Positions 9,001-18,252 of a DNA stretch of 64,000 nt are shown here, piece by piece. The stretch comes from a virus (Duplodnaviria > Caudoviricetes). The translations under genes and the position numbers were made by a program. The stretch is taken from positions 64,001 through 128,000 of IMG/VR virus record IMGVR_UViG_2548876794_000003. One strand, written 5' to 3'. A model generated the notes under the pieces. It searched no databases. It saw only the letters and a program-made list of their open reading frames with translations, and was not told the DNA's origin. Each line of letters starts with the position of its first letter. Position 1 is the first letter of the stretch.

Positions 9001-9217
9001 ACAAAAACGCCCTGGTCAAAAACGTGTAGAAACATCGTTACGCCAAGCAGCCGCAAGTGAAACAAGCTTTAGTCAACAAATTGAAGCGGCACACCATGAC
9101 GGCGACCTACCAGGGGATCGTCCTACATGGACGCAAGTACGAAATTCTTCTCGTCGACGCTCTAACGGACGCGGTTGGGGGAGTCGTACAGGCGGCGCAA
9201 CAAGAACTGTTTGGTAA
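6005..9217 (+). CDS. terL: terminase large subunit, spliced: join(6005..6208,7231..7530,7958..9217), 587 aa
   Basis: Joining restores Walker A CGRRTG|KTETM and Walker B YIHMDEVD|YM. Also Q motif RWYQ, SIRGQRAD, coupling motif SSTP, and RNase H-like nuclease MGVDW...HFVD. Confidence 0.92.
6349..6813 (+). CDS. intron-encoded protein 1, function unknown, no homing-endonuclease motif seen
   Basis: 154 aa, SD GAGAGG, acidic; no LAGLIDADG, GIY-YIG or HNH motif. Confidence 0.8.
   Translation: MKFVAERKIENRVLSVNIKFDSYGEGDLTDEQEKALVSAFGNPVISVGGEFKAKFDEKGQFVEDPEAIGEEVSFIIVNKTAELGENFVASYSIGLDKAAAYINEKSLLKEDYLQAVARCELFEKTIQDRAVAAADKLQAKSTAFTTGYPRDFFA
6826..7182 (+). CDS. intron-encoded protein 2, probable distant paralog of 6349-6813
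   Basis: 118 aa, SD AAGGAGG; shares the pattern I..R....N...E.....G.PVI.....FK.K. Confidence 0.8.
   Translation: MQLKYTSSIRKRIICLNVETTNFTTNERIALEELGEPVIEMEKMFKGKYPVQFSKTIRTGLKLAIRFDGRENIEEASQAANEFVEELGELIRTKMSDLMETYDDVNFIFDRKNGLTTL
7531..7957 (+). mobile_element. group I intron 2 in terL (427 nt), ORF in the P6a loop
   Basis: P1 AGUGGAU/GUCCACU with U7530-G7541. P10 CAUAUA (7535-7540) pairs with exon UAUAUG (7958-7963). P3 7553-7559/7922-7928. P, Q, R, S elements present. P6a 7612-7618/7893-7899; terminal G7957. Confidence 0.93.
7630..7896 (+). CDS. intron-encoded small acidic protein (88 aa), function unknown
   Basis: SD AGGAGG 7617-7622, ATG 7630; no endonuclease motif. Confidence 0.75.
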   Translation: MGELIFLNEHNEVKEAIEHDKQDMLNMLDTIQKVVEDGEAVSLYIGCALTDNTSISWSSGRFNYNQRARLISELHDEQCAHALDLLDD

Positions 9218-9231
9218 AAATATAGCCTTTT

Positions 9232-9267
9232 TATCCTCTTAGCTGTAAAATGCTAAGGGGATTTTTC
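9232..9267 (+). terminator. intrinsic terminator after terL
   Basis: ATCCTCTTAGC-tgtaaaat-GCTAAGGGGAT followed by TTTT. Confidence 0.6.
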
Positions 9268-9286
9268 AATAAGGAGGACTTTTCAC

Positions 9287-11128
9287 ATGGCAGACTACAA
9301 CGAGCAACCGATTAACTACAAACCAAAGATTGAGTATAGTCGTGATTACTATACAGACGGCTATGTTCCATACAGTGACGAACCTGTAGAAACTATACCG
9401 TTAAACCCAGACGGTGATTTGTTCGAAGATGAACGTAAAGAGATTCTTGATAAAATCGAAAAGATTGAAAAGCTGTTAGATATTGCGCCGGAAGATGTAC
9501 GAAAGATATTGACACCTTCCTTGCAATACTATAAAAGAGATTTGTCTAGCGACAAGTGGCACGTTCCAGATGAAAGTGAGTTTGTAAGGAATGATGAAAC
9601 AACGTCAGATGATATGCCAACACCAGATGATGATATGGATGACTACACTCCAAACGCTGACATCTCAGACGACATACCAAAACTTTTTCCAGATGACATC
9701 GAACTGGATAAAGAACTTGGAGATGTAGAGCCTTTCGTTAAAGCGGCCATCAAAAAGCGTTTAGACGACACGAAGGTAATTTATCAAGATTACGTGGACA
9801 GTTTGTATCGTTCATTGTCTCGATTCTGGAAAGATAATATGTCGGTCGCTATTCCAGCTGGCGTTGGTTCTATAAAAGAACTTCAAATGCACTATATACT
9901 TTCTGGCCAAAGCATTCCTAATACACTGAAACATGTATCGGATAGTATCACGCGGAGCCAAATCAAGCGTAAACAAAACACGTTATTCTTTACTAAGATT
10001 TACAACATCGACAAAACGATTGCGCATCTACGACAAAATGATGCAGCGCAAACATTACGTGATGCTTACTACGAAGGTCGTGACAAAGCGAAATCTTACG
10101 GTGATTCAATCTCAGGGGATGACTGGCGTAATTCAAAATACATTACTGCCAACGATTACTTAGACACACATCAAAACCAAGAGCTTGCTAGGGCAAGGCA
10201 TGAATACGACGAGAAGTATTTCAAAGCAACGAAAAATTTCTATAAATATTTAATGAGCTCTTGTACTTTAACAGATGGTATTTTACGTGCTTACACGAAC
10301 GAAGCTACGAGTAAAGCAGTTCTTATGCGAAACGGTATAGACATCAACAAACATGTCGAAGAAGAAGCCAAGCTAAAAGAGCACGAAGCTAAGGCACTAA
10401 AGAAAACGACCGAAGCGCGTATTGAGAAGTCCATCTCAAATGAAGCGGAACGAGTAGAGAAAATTAAGTCCGCTATTAAGAAGAGTGACGAAGATGTCGC
10501 AAAGTTCTTTAGTGACTTTGCAGATCCAGCCGATTTCACAGGTGCAACATCATCATCTGACAACAGCAAGGGTGAAAGCAATAGCTCAGATAATTACGAT
10601 GTTTCATATGAGGATGGCAAACAATCGAAGAAGGCTCAGAAGATAATTGACTTTGCCCTGAAATATTACAAGGAGAACAAATCCAAAATTTATTACAATA
10701 ACAATTCCGCAAAAGGTCGGGGCAAGAAACGTGCCGACGGTAAATTAGGAATGGATTGTACTTTATTTACATACCTAGTAATGAAAGAAGCCCTTGGTAT
10801 CAATACTGGCGAAATAAAATCTGTAGGCCAACAATTAAATATGCCAGGTGGTAAGCGAATTTATGTCGGAGGAAAAATAGATAAAATGATGCCGGGCGAC
10901 ATTTGTTATCAAGTTGCTGGCAAAACTGGTTATCAAGGACATCCAGCAAGTGTCAACATTGACGGGCATAGTATGAGCAAGTCATGGTCGCATGTGTATA
11001 TCTATCTTGGTGATCATAAGTGCGTAGAATGCACGAAGTGGAGTGGAGCAGGTGTGGATGGACTTCATTATCAAGAAAGATTTAAAGACACGTACGCTTC
11101 GACCACCATGTTCGTACGACGCTTTTAA
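9287..11128 (+). CDS. virion-associated protein with C-terminal NlpC/P60 cell-wall peptidase
   Basis: MDCTLFT (Cys), MPGDI, SHVYIYLG (His), CVE; long helical N-terminal region. Confidence 0.75.
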   Translation: MADYNEQPINYKPKIEYSRDYYTDGYVPYSDEPVETIPLNPDGDLFEDERKEILDKIEKIEKLLDIAPEDVRKILTPSLQYYKRDLSSDKWHVPDESEFVRNDETTSDDMPTPDDDMDDYTPNADISDDIPKLFPDDIELDKELGDVEPFVKAAIKKRLDDTKVIYQDYVDSLYRSLSRFWKDNMSVAIPAGVGSIKELQMHYILSGQSIPNTLKHVSDSITRSQIKRKQNTLFFTKIYNIDKTIAHLRQNDAAQTLRDAYYEGRDKAKSYGDSISGDDWRNSKYITANDYLDTHQNQELARARHEYDEKYFKATKNFYKYLMSSCTLTDGILRAYTNEATSKAVLMRNGIDINKHVEEEAKLKEHEAKALKKTTEARIEKSISNEAERVEKIKSAIKKSDEDVAKFFSDFADPADFTGATSSSDNSKGESNSSDNYDVSYEDGKQSKKAQKIIDFALKYYKENKSKIYYNNNSAKGRGKKRADGKLGMDCTLFTYLVMKEALGINTGEIKSVGQQLNMPGGKRIYVGGKIDKMMPGDICYQVAGKTGYQGHPASVNIDGHSMSKSWSHVYIYLGDHKCVECTKWSGAGVDGLHYQERFKDTYASTTMFVRRF

Positions 11129-11154
11129 TACATTAAAAAATAGGGGGACAGTAT

Positions 11155-12792
11155 ATGTTTTCATTTTCTAAGAAAGAAGAAAAGAAATTGAGTAGTACCA
11201 GTATTCATAGTTCTAGTTTACAAAACCTAGTAGCGAAAGCTGTTGGTCTTATCCGTAGACAAGGCGAGGACCGCAATCAATTCGTCTATCCCGAATACGA
11301 CCTTGAAGAAATCAAGACAGCAATCGAGGCAGATTCATACATAAAACAAGCCGTTACAAAATATACATACTTAATTTATAAAGCTGGCGTGAAGCTGGAC
11401 AGCGAAAACAAAGAAGCAATTCAATACGTGAAGAAACGTTTGAAAATTATTAGTTACGCAACAGACAAGCCATTCGAATTGTTGATGCAGGAAATCGCGG
11501 ATGACCTATATCGCTTTAGCAATGCGTTTCTTGTGAAGTCCCGACAAGAGTGGTCCATCGTTTCGTTAAAAGCTGAACCAATTGGTGGTAGCACATTCCA
11601 ACCTGTATCTGGTTACTTCCGTATTGATCCCGCTTCCGTTTCAATAAAGCGCGACGAAAATGGCGTCATCAAAGAATACCGTCAAATCGTTGACGGCAAA
11701 GAGAAAATCTTCAAACCAGAAAACGTTGTACATATGTATTTTGACAGAGGTCCAAATGACGCCTTCGGTATGCCACGTATTGCAGCAGCATTAGAAGATG
11801 TTAAGTTGCTTCGTAAAATCGAGGGGAATGTTATTAGCTTAATCTATCGCTTTTCACTACCAATCTATCATTGGCGTGTGGGGGCGACTGGGGTAGGGCA
11901 GTCTGGTACACAAAGCGAAATTGATAAGCTTCGTATGGAACTAGAACGAATGGCAGACGATGGTTCAATCATTACCAATGAACGTGTTGATGTAGCCACA
12001 ATCGGAGCGGAGGGTTCGGCTATCGACGTCACGAACTATCTAAATTATTTCGAGCGACGCGTGTTCACTGCATTAAGTGTGTCGGATTCACAAATGGGGC
12101 GAGGCACAACCGCTGGAGATGCTGACGCAATGGAGAGTCGAGCACATGATGTCATTAAGTTTGTTCAACGAATCATTTCTATTTTCGTGGAGAACGAAAT
12201 TATCAATGAACTTTTACTAGAAGGTGGCTTTGATCCAATACTGAGCGAAGACGATGCAGTTAATTACATCTTTAATGAAATTGCACTTGATACACGTATC
12301 AAATTAGAAAATCATGAAATGCTTAAATATCAATCTAACTTAACTACACTTGAAGAAGCTCGTCGTGCGATTGGTAAAAAAGAAGAAGTAGATGAAGAAC
12401 GTCTATACGCTCGTCTTATTACAGACCAATCATCTGCGAATACGATTGAAAAACAAACAGAAAGCTCTGTACAAATTCTCCAAGAGCAGGCAAAAGTAGA
12501 TGCAGCTGCAGCAGAGAAGGCTGCTCAAACTGCTGAGAAGATTGCTGATAAAACAGCTAAGGCAGCGGCACAACAAGGAACCGTCCAAAATAACCAAAAT
12601 AAAAATAATGGCAATGGTAAAGTGGCGAGCAATACACCGAACAACGACATTGCTACACGTAACCGCCCAACGAATCAACATGGCACAACTTCTGTAAATG
12701 TGAAAGAAGCGGATGATGGAGAGCTGATTGCCCAAAAAAGATTAGAAAAAATAAAAAAGATTTTCAATCTGTATATAATAAGTTCGATTTAA
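11155..12792 (+). CDS. portal protein
   Basis: Lies between terminase and protease; FSNAFLVK, RIDPASVSI, VVHM...FGMPRI motifs typical of portals. Confidence 0.85.
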   Translation: MFSFSKKEEKKLSSTSIHSSSLQNLVAKAVGLIRRQGEDRNQFVYPEYDLEEIKTAIEADSYIKQAVTKYTYLIYKAGVKLDSENKEAIQYVKKRLKIISYATDKPFELLMQEIADDLYRFSNAFLVKSRQEWSIVSLKAEPIGGSTFQPVSGYFRIDPASVSIKRDENGVIKEYRQIVDGKEKIFKPENVVHMYFDRGPNDAFGMPRIAAALEDVKLLRKIEGNVISLIYRFSLPIYHWRVGATGVGQSGTQSEIDKLRMELERMADDGSIITNERVDVATIGAEGSAIDVTNYLNYFERRVFTALSVSDSQMGRGTTAGDADAMESRAHDVIKFVQRIISIFVENEIINELLLEGGFDPILSEDDAVNYIFNEIALDTRIKLENHEMLKYQSNLTTLEEARRAIGKKEEVDEERLYARLITDQSSANTIEKQTESSVQILQEQAKVDAAAAEKAAQTAEKIADKTAKAAAQQGTVQNNQNKNNGNGKVASNTPNNDIATRNRPTNQHGTTSVNVKEADDGELIAQKRLEKIKKIFNLYIISSI

Positions 12793-13325
12793 TGCGTACT
12801 GATTTAGTGAAGCATCAAAATAAGGGCTTCGATGATTTCGATGAAATTATTAAAATCAGTAAAGATGCACTCTTAAAAGAAATTAATGCGTTAATTGAAA
12901 ATGCATCGCATACTGGTTCTACTCGTTGCATCAACGACCACAAGCTCAAAGAACGCTACTCGATTAAAGCGTTGACTATGAGTGAAGCTAAGAAGCATGC
13001 ACGAGAAAAGGTTTCAACTTTATTGAACGACATCCAATCGCTTATCAAAAAAGGCGAAGACGTTCAAGCTGTTTTTTCATCTCTGGAATATCGTTTACGT
13101 TTCCTTATGGAATACATCATTCCTAAAACGTATTGGTACAGCTATGCACAAACAGCGAGACAGCTCGGCACTAAAAAGATTTACGTGCAATTCGGTGACA
13201 GTGAAGATCGTGAAGAACACGAAGCAACTATCGACACAGCCCGCGTTGATTTCAATGAAATCCCCGCTTATCACTCGTACTGTAGCTGTCGTTTAAGTTT
13301 AAAAAAGGAAGGAGTAACTGCGTAA
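12792..13325 (+). CDS. head morphogenesis (Mu gpF / SPP1 gp7-like) domain, possibly a -1 extension of the portal
   Basis: C-terminal IPAYHSYCSC resembles the PPxHPNCRC motif; no SD; frame open upstream to 12717. Confidence 0.6.
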   Translation: MRTDLVKHQNKGFDDFDEIIKISKDALLKEINALIENASHTGSTRCINDHKLKERYSIKALTMSEAKKHAREKVSTLLNDIQSLIKKGEDVQAVFSSLEYRLRFLMEYIIPKTYWYSYAQTARQLGTKKIYVQFGDSEDREEHEATIDTARVDFNEIPAYHSYCSCRLSLKKEGVTA

Positions 13326-14714
13326 ATGGATTTCAAAGAATATGAAGGATTCAAACCAATTGACAGTACAGTCGTTGGAAAGATGAATTTCACAGAAGCC
13401 GACAAACAAGTAGCGGCAGAAAATGCTATTAAATTACCGAACAAAGGATTAATTGTTGAGATTGAAGCAATTCATGAATCTGTAACGAGTAACTTTACTC
13501 GTTATACAAAAGAAAGCATGAAGCAAGGTCTACCATCATGGACAGCACCGTACGCTAAACCAGTCATCCTACATCACAACGAGAAAGACGGGAAAGTCAT
13601 CGGACGTGTACTGTCTGCAGAATACAGAGAGAATGGTGAAGCGGGACTGCCTTGTGTCGTTATTCAAGCCGTCATCTATGATGAAGATGCGATTGAACAA
13701 GTACTCGATGGCAGATTATTAACAACTTCAATCGGTGTGCGAGTGAACGATGTAAGATGCTCAATTTGTGATCATCACATTATTTCTGAGAAGGATGGCT
13801 GTCCTCACCACGCTCGTGGAACATTCTATAATGGACAGCTTTGCACATGGGATATGAATGACATGTATGTTAAGGAAATTTCATATGTCGTTGTACCTAG
13901 TGATAAGTTCTCAAAAAATACTCGCATTTTGGAAAACAATAGTGTAAAATCTGTGACGTTCTCAGAGAGTGCAAATTTTAACAACCTAGAGGGAGGTTCA
14001 AACATGGTACAAAAAACGTCAGAGGATCTAGGTAATCAACAACCTACGACTTCTACACCAGCTCCAGCGACAAGCGTTGAACCGCAAACATCTGTTAGCT
14101 TCACTGAAAGCGAACAGTATAAAGCGGATCAACAAACAATCATGGAACTGAAAGAAAGTGCGAACAACGAAACTCAACTTCGTCAACGCGCTGAACAACA
14201 AGTTGTGTCAAAAGAAACGGAACTGCGCTCCGTACTTCTTGACTCACTTAACGGCATCTCAATTGCTAACGGCAAAGGGGAACTGAACCGTAGCAAATTT
14301 GAAAACCGTACAATTGAATCTTTAAAAGACCGTCTTGCTGACGAGCTTGAAGAATTAACAATGAACGGTATTCAAAAAGAGGAGCCTGCAGAGCATGAAC
14401 CCGAAACAACTTCGGAAAATCCTGCCGGTGAAAATGTGCAAACATTAGAACCTGTGCAACGTGGTGTATACGCTGAATCTGCCAACGACAATTCGAAAGA
14501 AGATCCAGCAACAAAAACAACACAAGAAGAACCAGTGAACACTAGCGGTATCGCTGTAAAAGAAAGTGCTGCTAACATTTCTAAAGCAGAGAATCCTACT
14601 ATTGCAGTTGAATCAACTAAAACAACTGGTATCAAAATCATGTCTAACATGGAACTTGAAGAAGCGGCAGCTAACATCTTTAGTAACGTTGCATCTCAAC
14701 ATATCAAATACTAA
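13326..14714 (+). CDS. prohead protease fused to scaffold
   Basis: LHHN...VIGRV, TTSIG, CSICD...CPH Zn insert, KEISYVVVPSD; acidic, coiled-coil-like C-terminal half. Confidence 0.85.
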   Translation: MDFKEYEGFKPIDSTVVGKMNFTEADKQVAAENAIKLPNKGLIVEIEAIHESVTSNFTRYTKESMKQGLPSWTAPYAKPVILHHNEKDGKVIGRVLSAEYRENGEAGLPCVVIQAVIYDEDAIEQVLDGRLLTTSIGVRVNDVRCSICDHHIISEKDGCPHHARGTFYNGQLCTWDMNDMYVKEISYVVVPSDKFSKNTRILENNSVKSVTFSESANFNNLEGGSNMVQKTSEDLGNQQPTTSTPAPATSVEPQTSVSFTESEQYKADQQTIMELKESANNETQLRQRAEQQVVSKETELRSVLLDSLNGISIANGKGELNRSKFENRTIESLKDRLADELEELTMNGIQKEEPAEHEPETTSENPAGENVQTLEPVQRGVYAESANDNSKEDPATKTTQEEPVNTSGIAVKESAANISKAENPTIAVESTKTTGIKIMSNMELEEAAANIFSNVASQHIKY

Positions 14715-14735
14715 TCACAGGAGTGAAAATTAAAC

Positions 14736-16334
14736 ATGGCTATTAATCCAAGTAATTACACAGGTCAACAATTCCTACAACCAGGGGGCCGCGGCGAAAC
14801 ATTCCAAGCGAATTTACCGGGCTACCGTAACGAAACTGACCGCATCAATCGTACAAATACAAAATTAAATGCATCTGAGCATGACATTTTAAACATCAAA
14901 TATCAAATGGATGACCGCTTACCAGTATTATTCACATATGGTTATGGCTATGGTTACAACCAAATGGTAATGCCGCGTGGTCGTATCGTTGCAATCGATC
15001 CAACAATGGATTTAACAGACTTCGACATGAAGAAACAACACAACACATTAACATTAGCAAACGGTGGTGTTCCTGTTCGTTTACGTCAAATGGGTGATAA
15101 ATACGATACATTCGTAGACGCTAAAGAAACTGATATTATCGAAGTAGCAGCACAAGGCGCTGACATGAGTGGTATCGGTAAAGAATGGACTCCAGTAACA
15201 GCTGGTACATATAATGCTCGTGGCTTCGAAGGATTCAAAGTCGGCGGAGCATTAAAACAATTAACTGATGGCGGATTCAAAGTCGATGCTGACACTGGTC
15301 GAATCGTAAATGGCGCTGGTGTTCCTGTAGCAGTTCGCGCTGGTAACATTCCAGTAGGTATGATTATGCGTAATGAATACACTCGTGATGACGATGCATT
15401 CAACGGTATGATGCCGGGTGCAATCGCAACGGATAAATTAGTTGAGTTACCTTGGTTCGCATACAAGAACAAAGCTGAACTAAACCCATGGTCATCTGTA
15501 TACGGAAACTTATTCCCGGGTGCTTTATTAAAACCAGACGAAAACGGTCGTATCACAATCTCTCCATTATCATATGAAGAAGCAGTAGCGGCTATGACAA
15601 TCTCTGAATACGAAGCTGAACGTCAACAAGTTATCGGTCAAGTATACGAAGCTTCTAACAACTTACTTCCAGAAGGTGCTGCTCGTTTCGCAACTTGGGC
15701 ATTAGAGGACCGCATGAACTTTGCTGAATTCAATCCAGCTGTTTGGTATCAAAATGGTCGTCGTGGTGAAGATGCAATTGCTCGCTCTCCATTCCGTTCT
15801 AACAACGAATACCCTGGTTATCCATATGATCCTGCATTCCGCGAAAATGACTTACACATGAACGGTGGCACAAACACTTTAGATGTTTATAGCACACGCA
15901 TGAACGCAGAGCATCAATTCGAGAACCTTGGCATCCCAGGTCTTACAGATGGTCAAAACGTAGCTGACCGTACATTACCATTAACACACGCTGGCATGAT
16001 TGCTGCAGGTGAAACAGCTGAAACACAAATCGACTTCTTCCTACGTACAGCTGACGTAAATGTTCACGACATCCAAATCAAAGTCGGTGCATTGGATGCT
16101 GTTCCAGCTACAGAAGGCGCATTAATTGGCGACACTGGCTTGAAAATTGTCTATGCTGACGACCTACAAGGTATCGTTCAATTAAAAGTTGTAGACTTCG
16201 AGAAGTTTAAAGTATTTGGTGCTCAACCAACAGAAGTGAAACTTAGCTACTCTAAACGTGGTCTTGCTGGTGTTCCAACATTCCTTGACTGGGACGGCGC
16301 AATCGGTACAATCAAAGTCTTACTTACTAAATAA
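14736..16334 (+). CDS. capsid decoration/cement-type structural protein
   Basis: Sits between protease and MCP; strongly biased codon usage; VMPRGRIVA motif. Confidence 0.55.
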   Translation: MAINPSNYTGQQFLQPGGRGETFQANLPGYRNETDRINRTNTKLNASEHDILNIKYQMDDRLPVLFTYGYGYGYNQMVMPRGRIVAIDPTMDLTDFDMKKQHNTLTLANGGVPVRLRQMGDKYDTFVDAKETDIIEVAAQGADMSGIGKEWTPVTAGTYNARGFEGFKVGGALKQLTDGGFKVDADTGRIVNGAGVPVAVRAGNIPVGMIMRNEYTRDDDAFNGMMPGAIATDKLVELPWFAYKNKAELNPWSSVYGNLFPGALLKPDENGRITISPLSYEEAVAAMTISEYEAERQQVIGQVYEASNNLLPEGAARFATWALEDRMNFAEFNPAVWYQNGRRGEDAIARSPFRSNNEYPGYPYDPAFRENDLHMNGGTNTLDVYSTRMNAEHQFENLGIPGLTDGQNVADRTLPLTHAGMIAAGETAETQIDFFLRTADVNVHDIQIKVGALDAVPATEGALIGDTGLKIVYADDLQGIVQLKVVDFEKFKVFGAQPTEVKLSYSKRGLAGVPTFLDWDGAIGTIKVLLTK

Positions 16335-16495
16335 CATACTCATACATATCTAACTTTACAGGGCTCCTTGTAAAGTGTCTTGCATACATTTATCATCGCA
16401 TACTTGTATGCAAGCATACATAACATAACTTAAAAAACATAAAAACAGGGAAGGGGAATAAAATCCCTTCCTATTATATAGGAGGAAATTCAATC

Positions 16496-17728
16496 ATGAA
16501 TTTAACTGAATCATTACAGCACATTAATGCATTACGTCAAAACGTAACAAATGCTACGGAAGCATACGAACAAGGGAAAACAGCGGAACGTCCATCGGTT
16601 TCATTACAGTCAATCGACTTAATGGAACGTATGGCTCGTAACGTAAACGGTGACTTCTCAATGGGTCGCGCAAACATTCGCGAAACATTACAAACAACAG
16701 ACGTTGTTAAATTAATTCCGAAAGTATTAGAAGGTCAATTACGTGAAGCAGCTGAACCAGAATACTTAGGTACACGCTTTATGAAAACTGTACACGTCGA
16801 AGGCGGTTCATCAACTGTGTTCGTTATCCCAGTAGTAGGCGAATTAGTTGCTAGTGAAGTCGGAGAGGGTACTCGTTACAACGAAGATAACTTAGACCAA
16901 ACTACAATCGAGAACAGCACGTTAGAAATTCGTGTTAAAAAGATCGGCTTAAAAGTCTCTATTACAGAAGAAGCCATCCAAGACAGTTCTTTCGACATCC
17001 TTGGTTTAAACACTCGTAAAATGGGCCGCGCAATGGCACGTTACAAAGAGGAATGGATTTTCAACTCTTTCTCTAGCCATGGTCGTCCAGTATTCAACAA
17101 CGCAATTCGTTCGCAAGCTGCCGAAGCTGGTACAACTGGTCGCGCTGCTGACGGTACTTTCAATGACACAATGAGCTCAGAAGATTTCCTTGAATTAGTA
17201 ATGGCATTAATGGGCCAAGGTATGAACCCAACTGACGTAATTATGCATCCACTTGTTTGGACTGTATTCGCTCGTAACTCAATGGTTGGTAACGGTATGA
17301 CTTGGGGCGCATTAGGCGGCCAAAACGTTCACCCATGGGGCGCTGTACAAGGTACACCAGGACCATTCGGTTTAGCTAACAACGGCGAAGGTCAACAATA
17401 CATCATGGAACCTTCACAAGTTCAAAACCGTATTCCGTTCCCATTAACAATCAACTTCTCACCATTCGTAAACTTCGATAAAGTGAGCAAACGTTTTGAT
17501 ATGTACTGCATCGACCGTAATGAGGTTGGTACAATCGCACAAAAAGAAGCGTTATCTATGGACGAATGGACAAACCCAGAAGTCGATGTACGCTTATTAA
17601 AAACAAAAGAACGCTATGGTGTCGGCATTGACAACAACGGTCGCGGTATCACAACTGCTCTTAACATTGCAGCAGCTCCAACTTACCCAGTACCACCAAC
17701 TGTTACTGTGAACACTAAGTCAGTCTAA
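16496..17728 (+). CDS. major capsid protein (HK97 fold)
   Basis: 410 aa; LIPKVL...EVGEG...KKIGLKVSITEEAIQDS...MGRAMAR, ERYGVGI; strong SD and codon bias. Confidence 0.88.
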   Translation: MNLTESLQHINALRQNVTNATEAYEQGKTAERPSVSLQSIDLMERMARNVNGDFSMGRANIRETLQTTDVVKLIPKVLEGQLREAAEPEYLGTRFMKTVHVEGGSSTVFVIPVVGELVASEVGEGTRYNEDNLDQTTIENSTLEIRVKKIGLKVSITEEAIQDSSFDILGLNTRKMGRAMARYKEEWIFNSFSSHGRPVFNNAIRSQAAEAGTTGRAADGTFNDTMSSEDFLELVMALMGQGMNPTDVIMHPLVWTVFARNSMVGNGMTWGALGGQNVHPWGAVQGTPGPFGLANNGEGQQYIMEPSQVQNRIPFPLTINFSPFVNFDKVSKRFDMYCIDRNEVGTIAQKEALSMDEWTNPEVDVRLLKTKERYGVGIDNNGRGITTALNIAAAPTYPVPPTVTVNTKSV

Positions 17729-17762
17729 CAAAAATGGAAGCCAATTAAGGAGGCATTAACAC

Positions 17763-18221
17763 ATGGATGTAATGGCAACGGTTAAATTGGCACGAGGACA
17801 GGTCGCATTCTTTGACGATCTGACTCGTATCCATTTAACAATCACTCAACCGATGGGACTTGTTGTTCCCGGTATGAACACAACAAACTTACGAATTGCT
17901 GTAGGTAGCGGTCGCTTGGAATTACTAAGCGGCACATTATCTTCGGATGAAGCTATTGAGCAAGAACGTTTAGGCAAGGTGCGCAGTTTAAAAACTACAC
18001 CTATCGCAACACAACCTGTTGCACCAAAGGTAGAAGCGAAAGCTCCTGCTAAAAAAGCTGAACCTAAGACAGAAGTAAAACCTGTTGAAGAAACTCCAGC
18101 TGAACCAGTAGTAGAAGAGGCTGAACCTAAAAAGGTTCCTGCTAAAGCTGCTACTAAAAAAGCTCCTGCTAAGAAAGTAGCTCCTAAAAAAGCTGAACCC
18201 AAAGAAGAAGCTTCAAAATAA
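17763..18221 (+). CDS. head-associated protein with Lys/Ala/Pro/Glu-rich tail
   Basis: Repeats KKAEPK/KKAPAK; follows the MCP. Confidence 0.6.
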   Translation: MDVMATVKLARGQVAFFDDLTRIHLTITQPMGLVVPGMNTTNLRIAVGSGRLELLSGTLSSDEAIEQERLGKVRSLKTTPIATQPVAPKVEAKAPAKKAEPKTEVKPVEETPAEPVVEEAEPKKVPAKAATKKAPAKKVAPKKAEPKEEASK

Positions 18222-18252
18222 TTAAATAATCCATAAAGGAGCGTGTTTAGAC

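Noticed and set aside
18040-18215. Short DNA repeats (GCTGAACCTAA, CCTGCTAA)
   Set aside because: They encode a low-complexity KKAEPK/KKAPAK tail; not CRISPR or an origin
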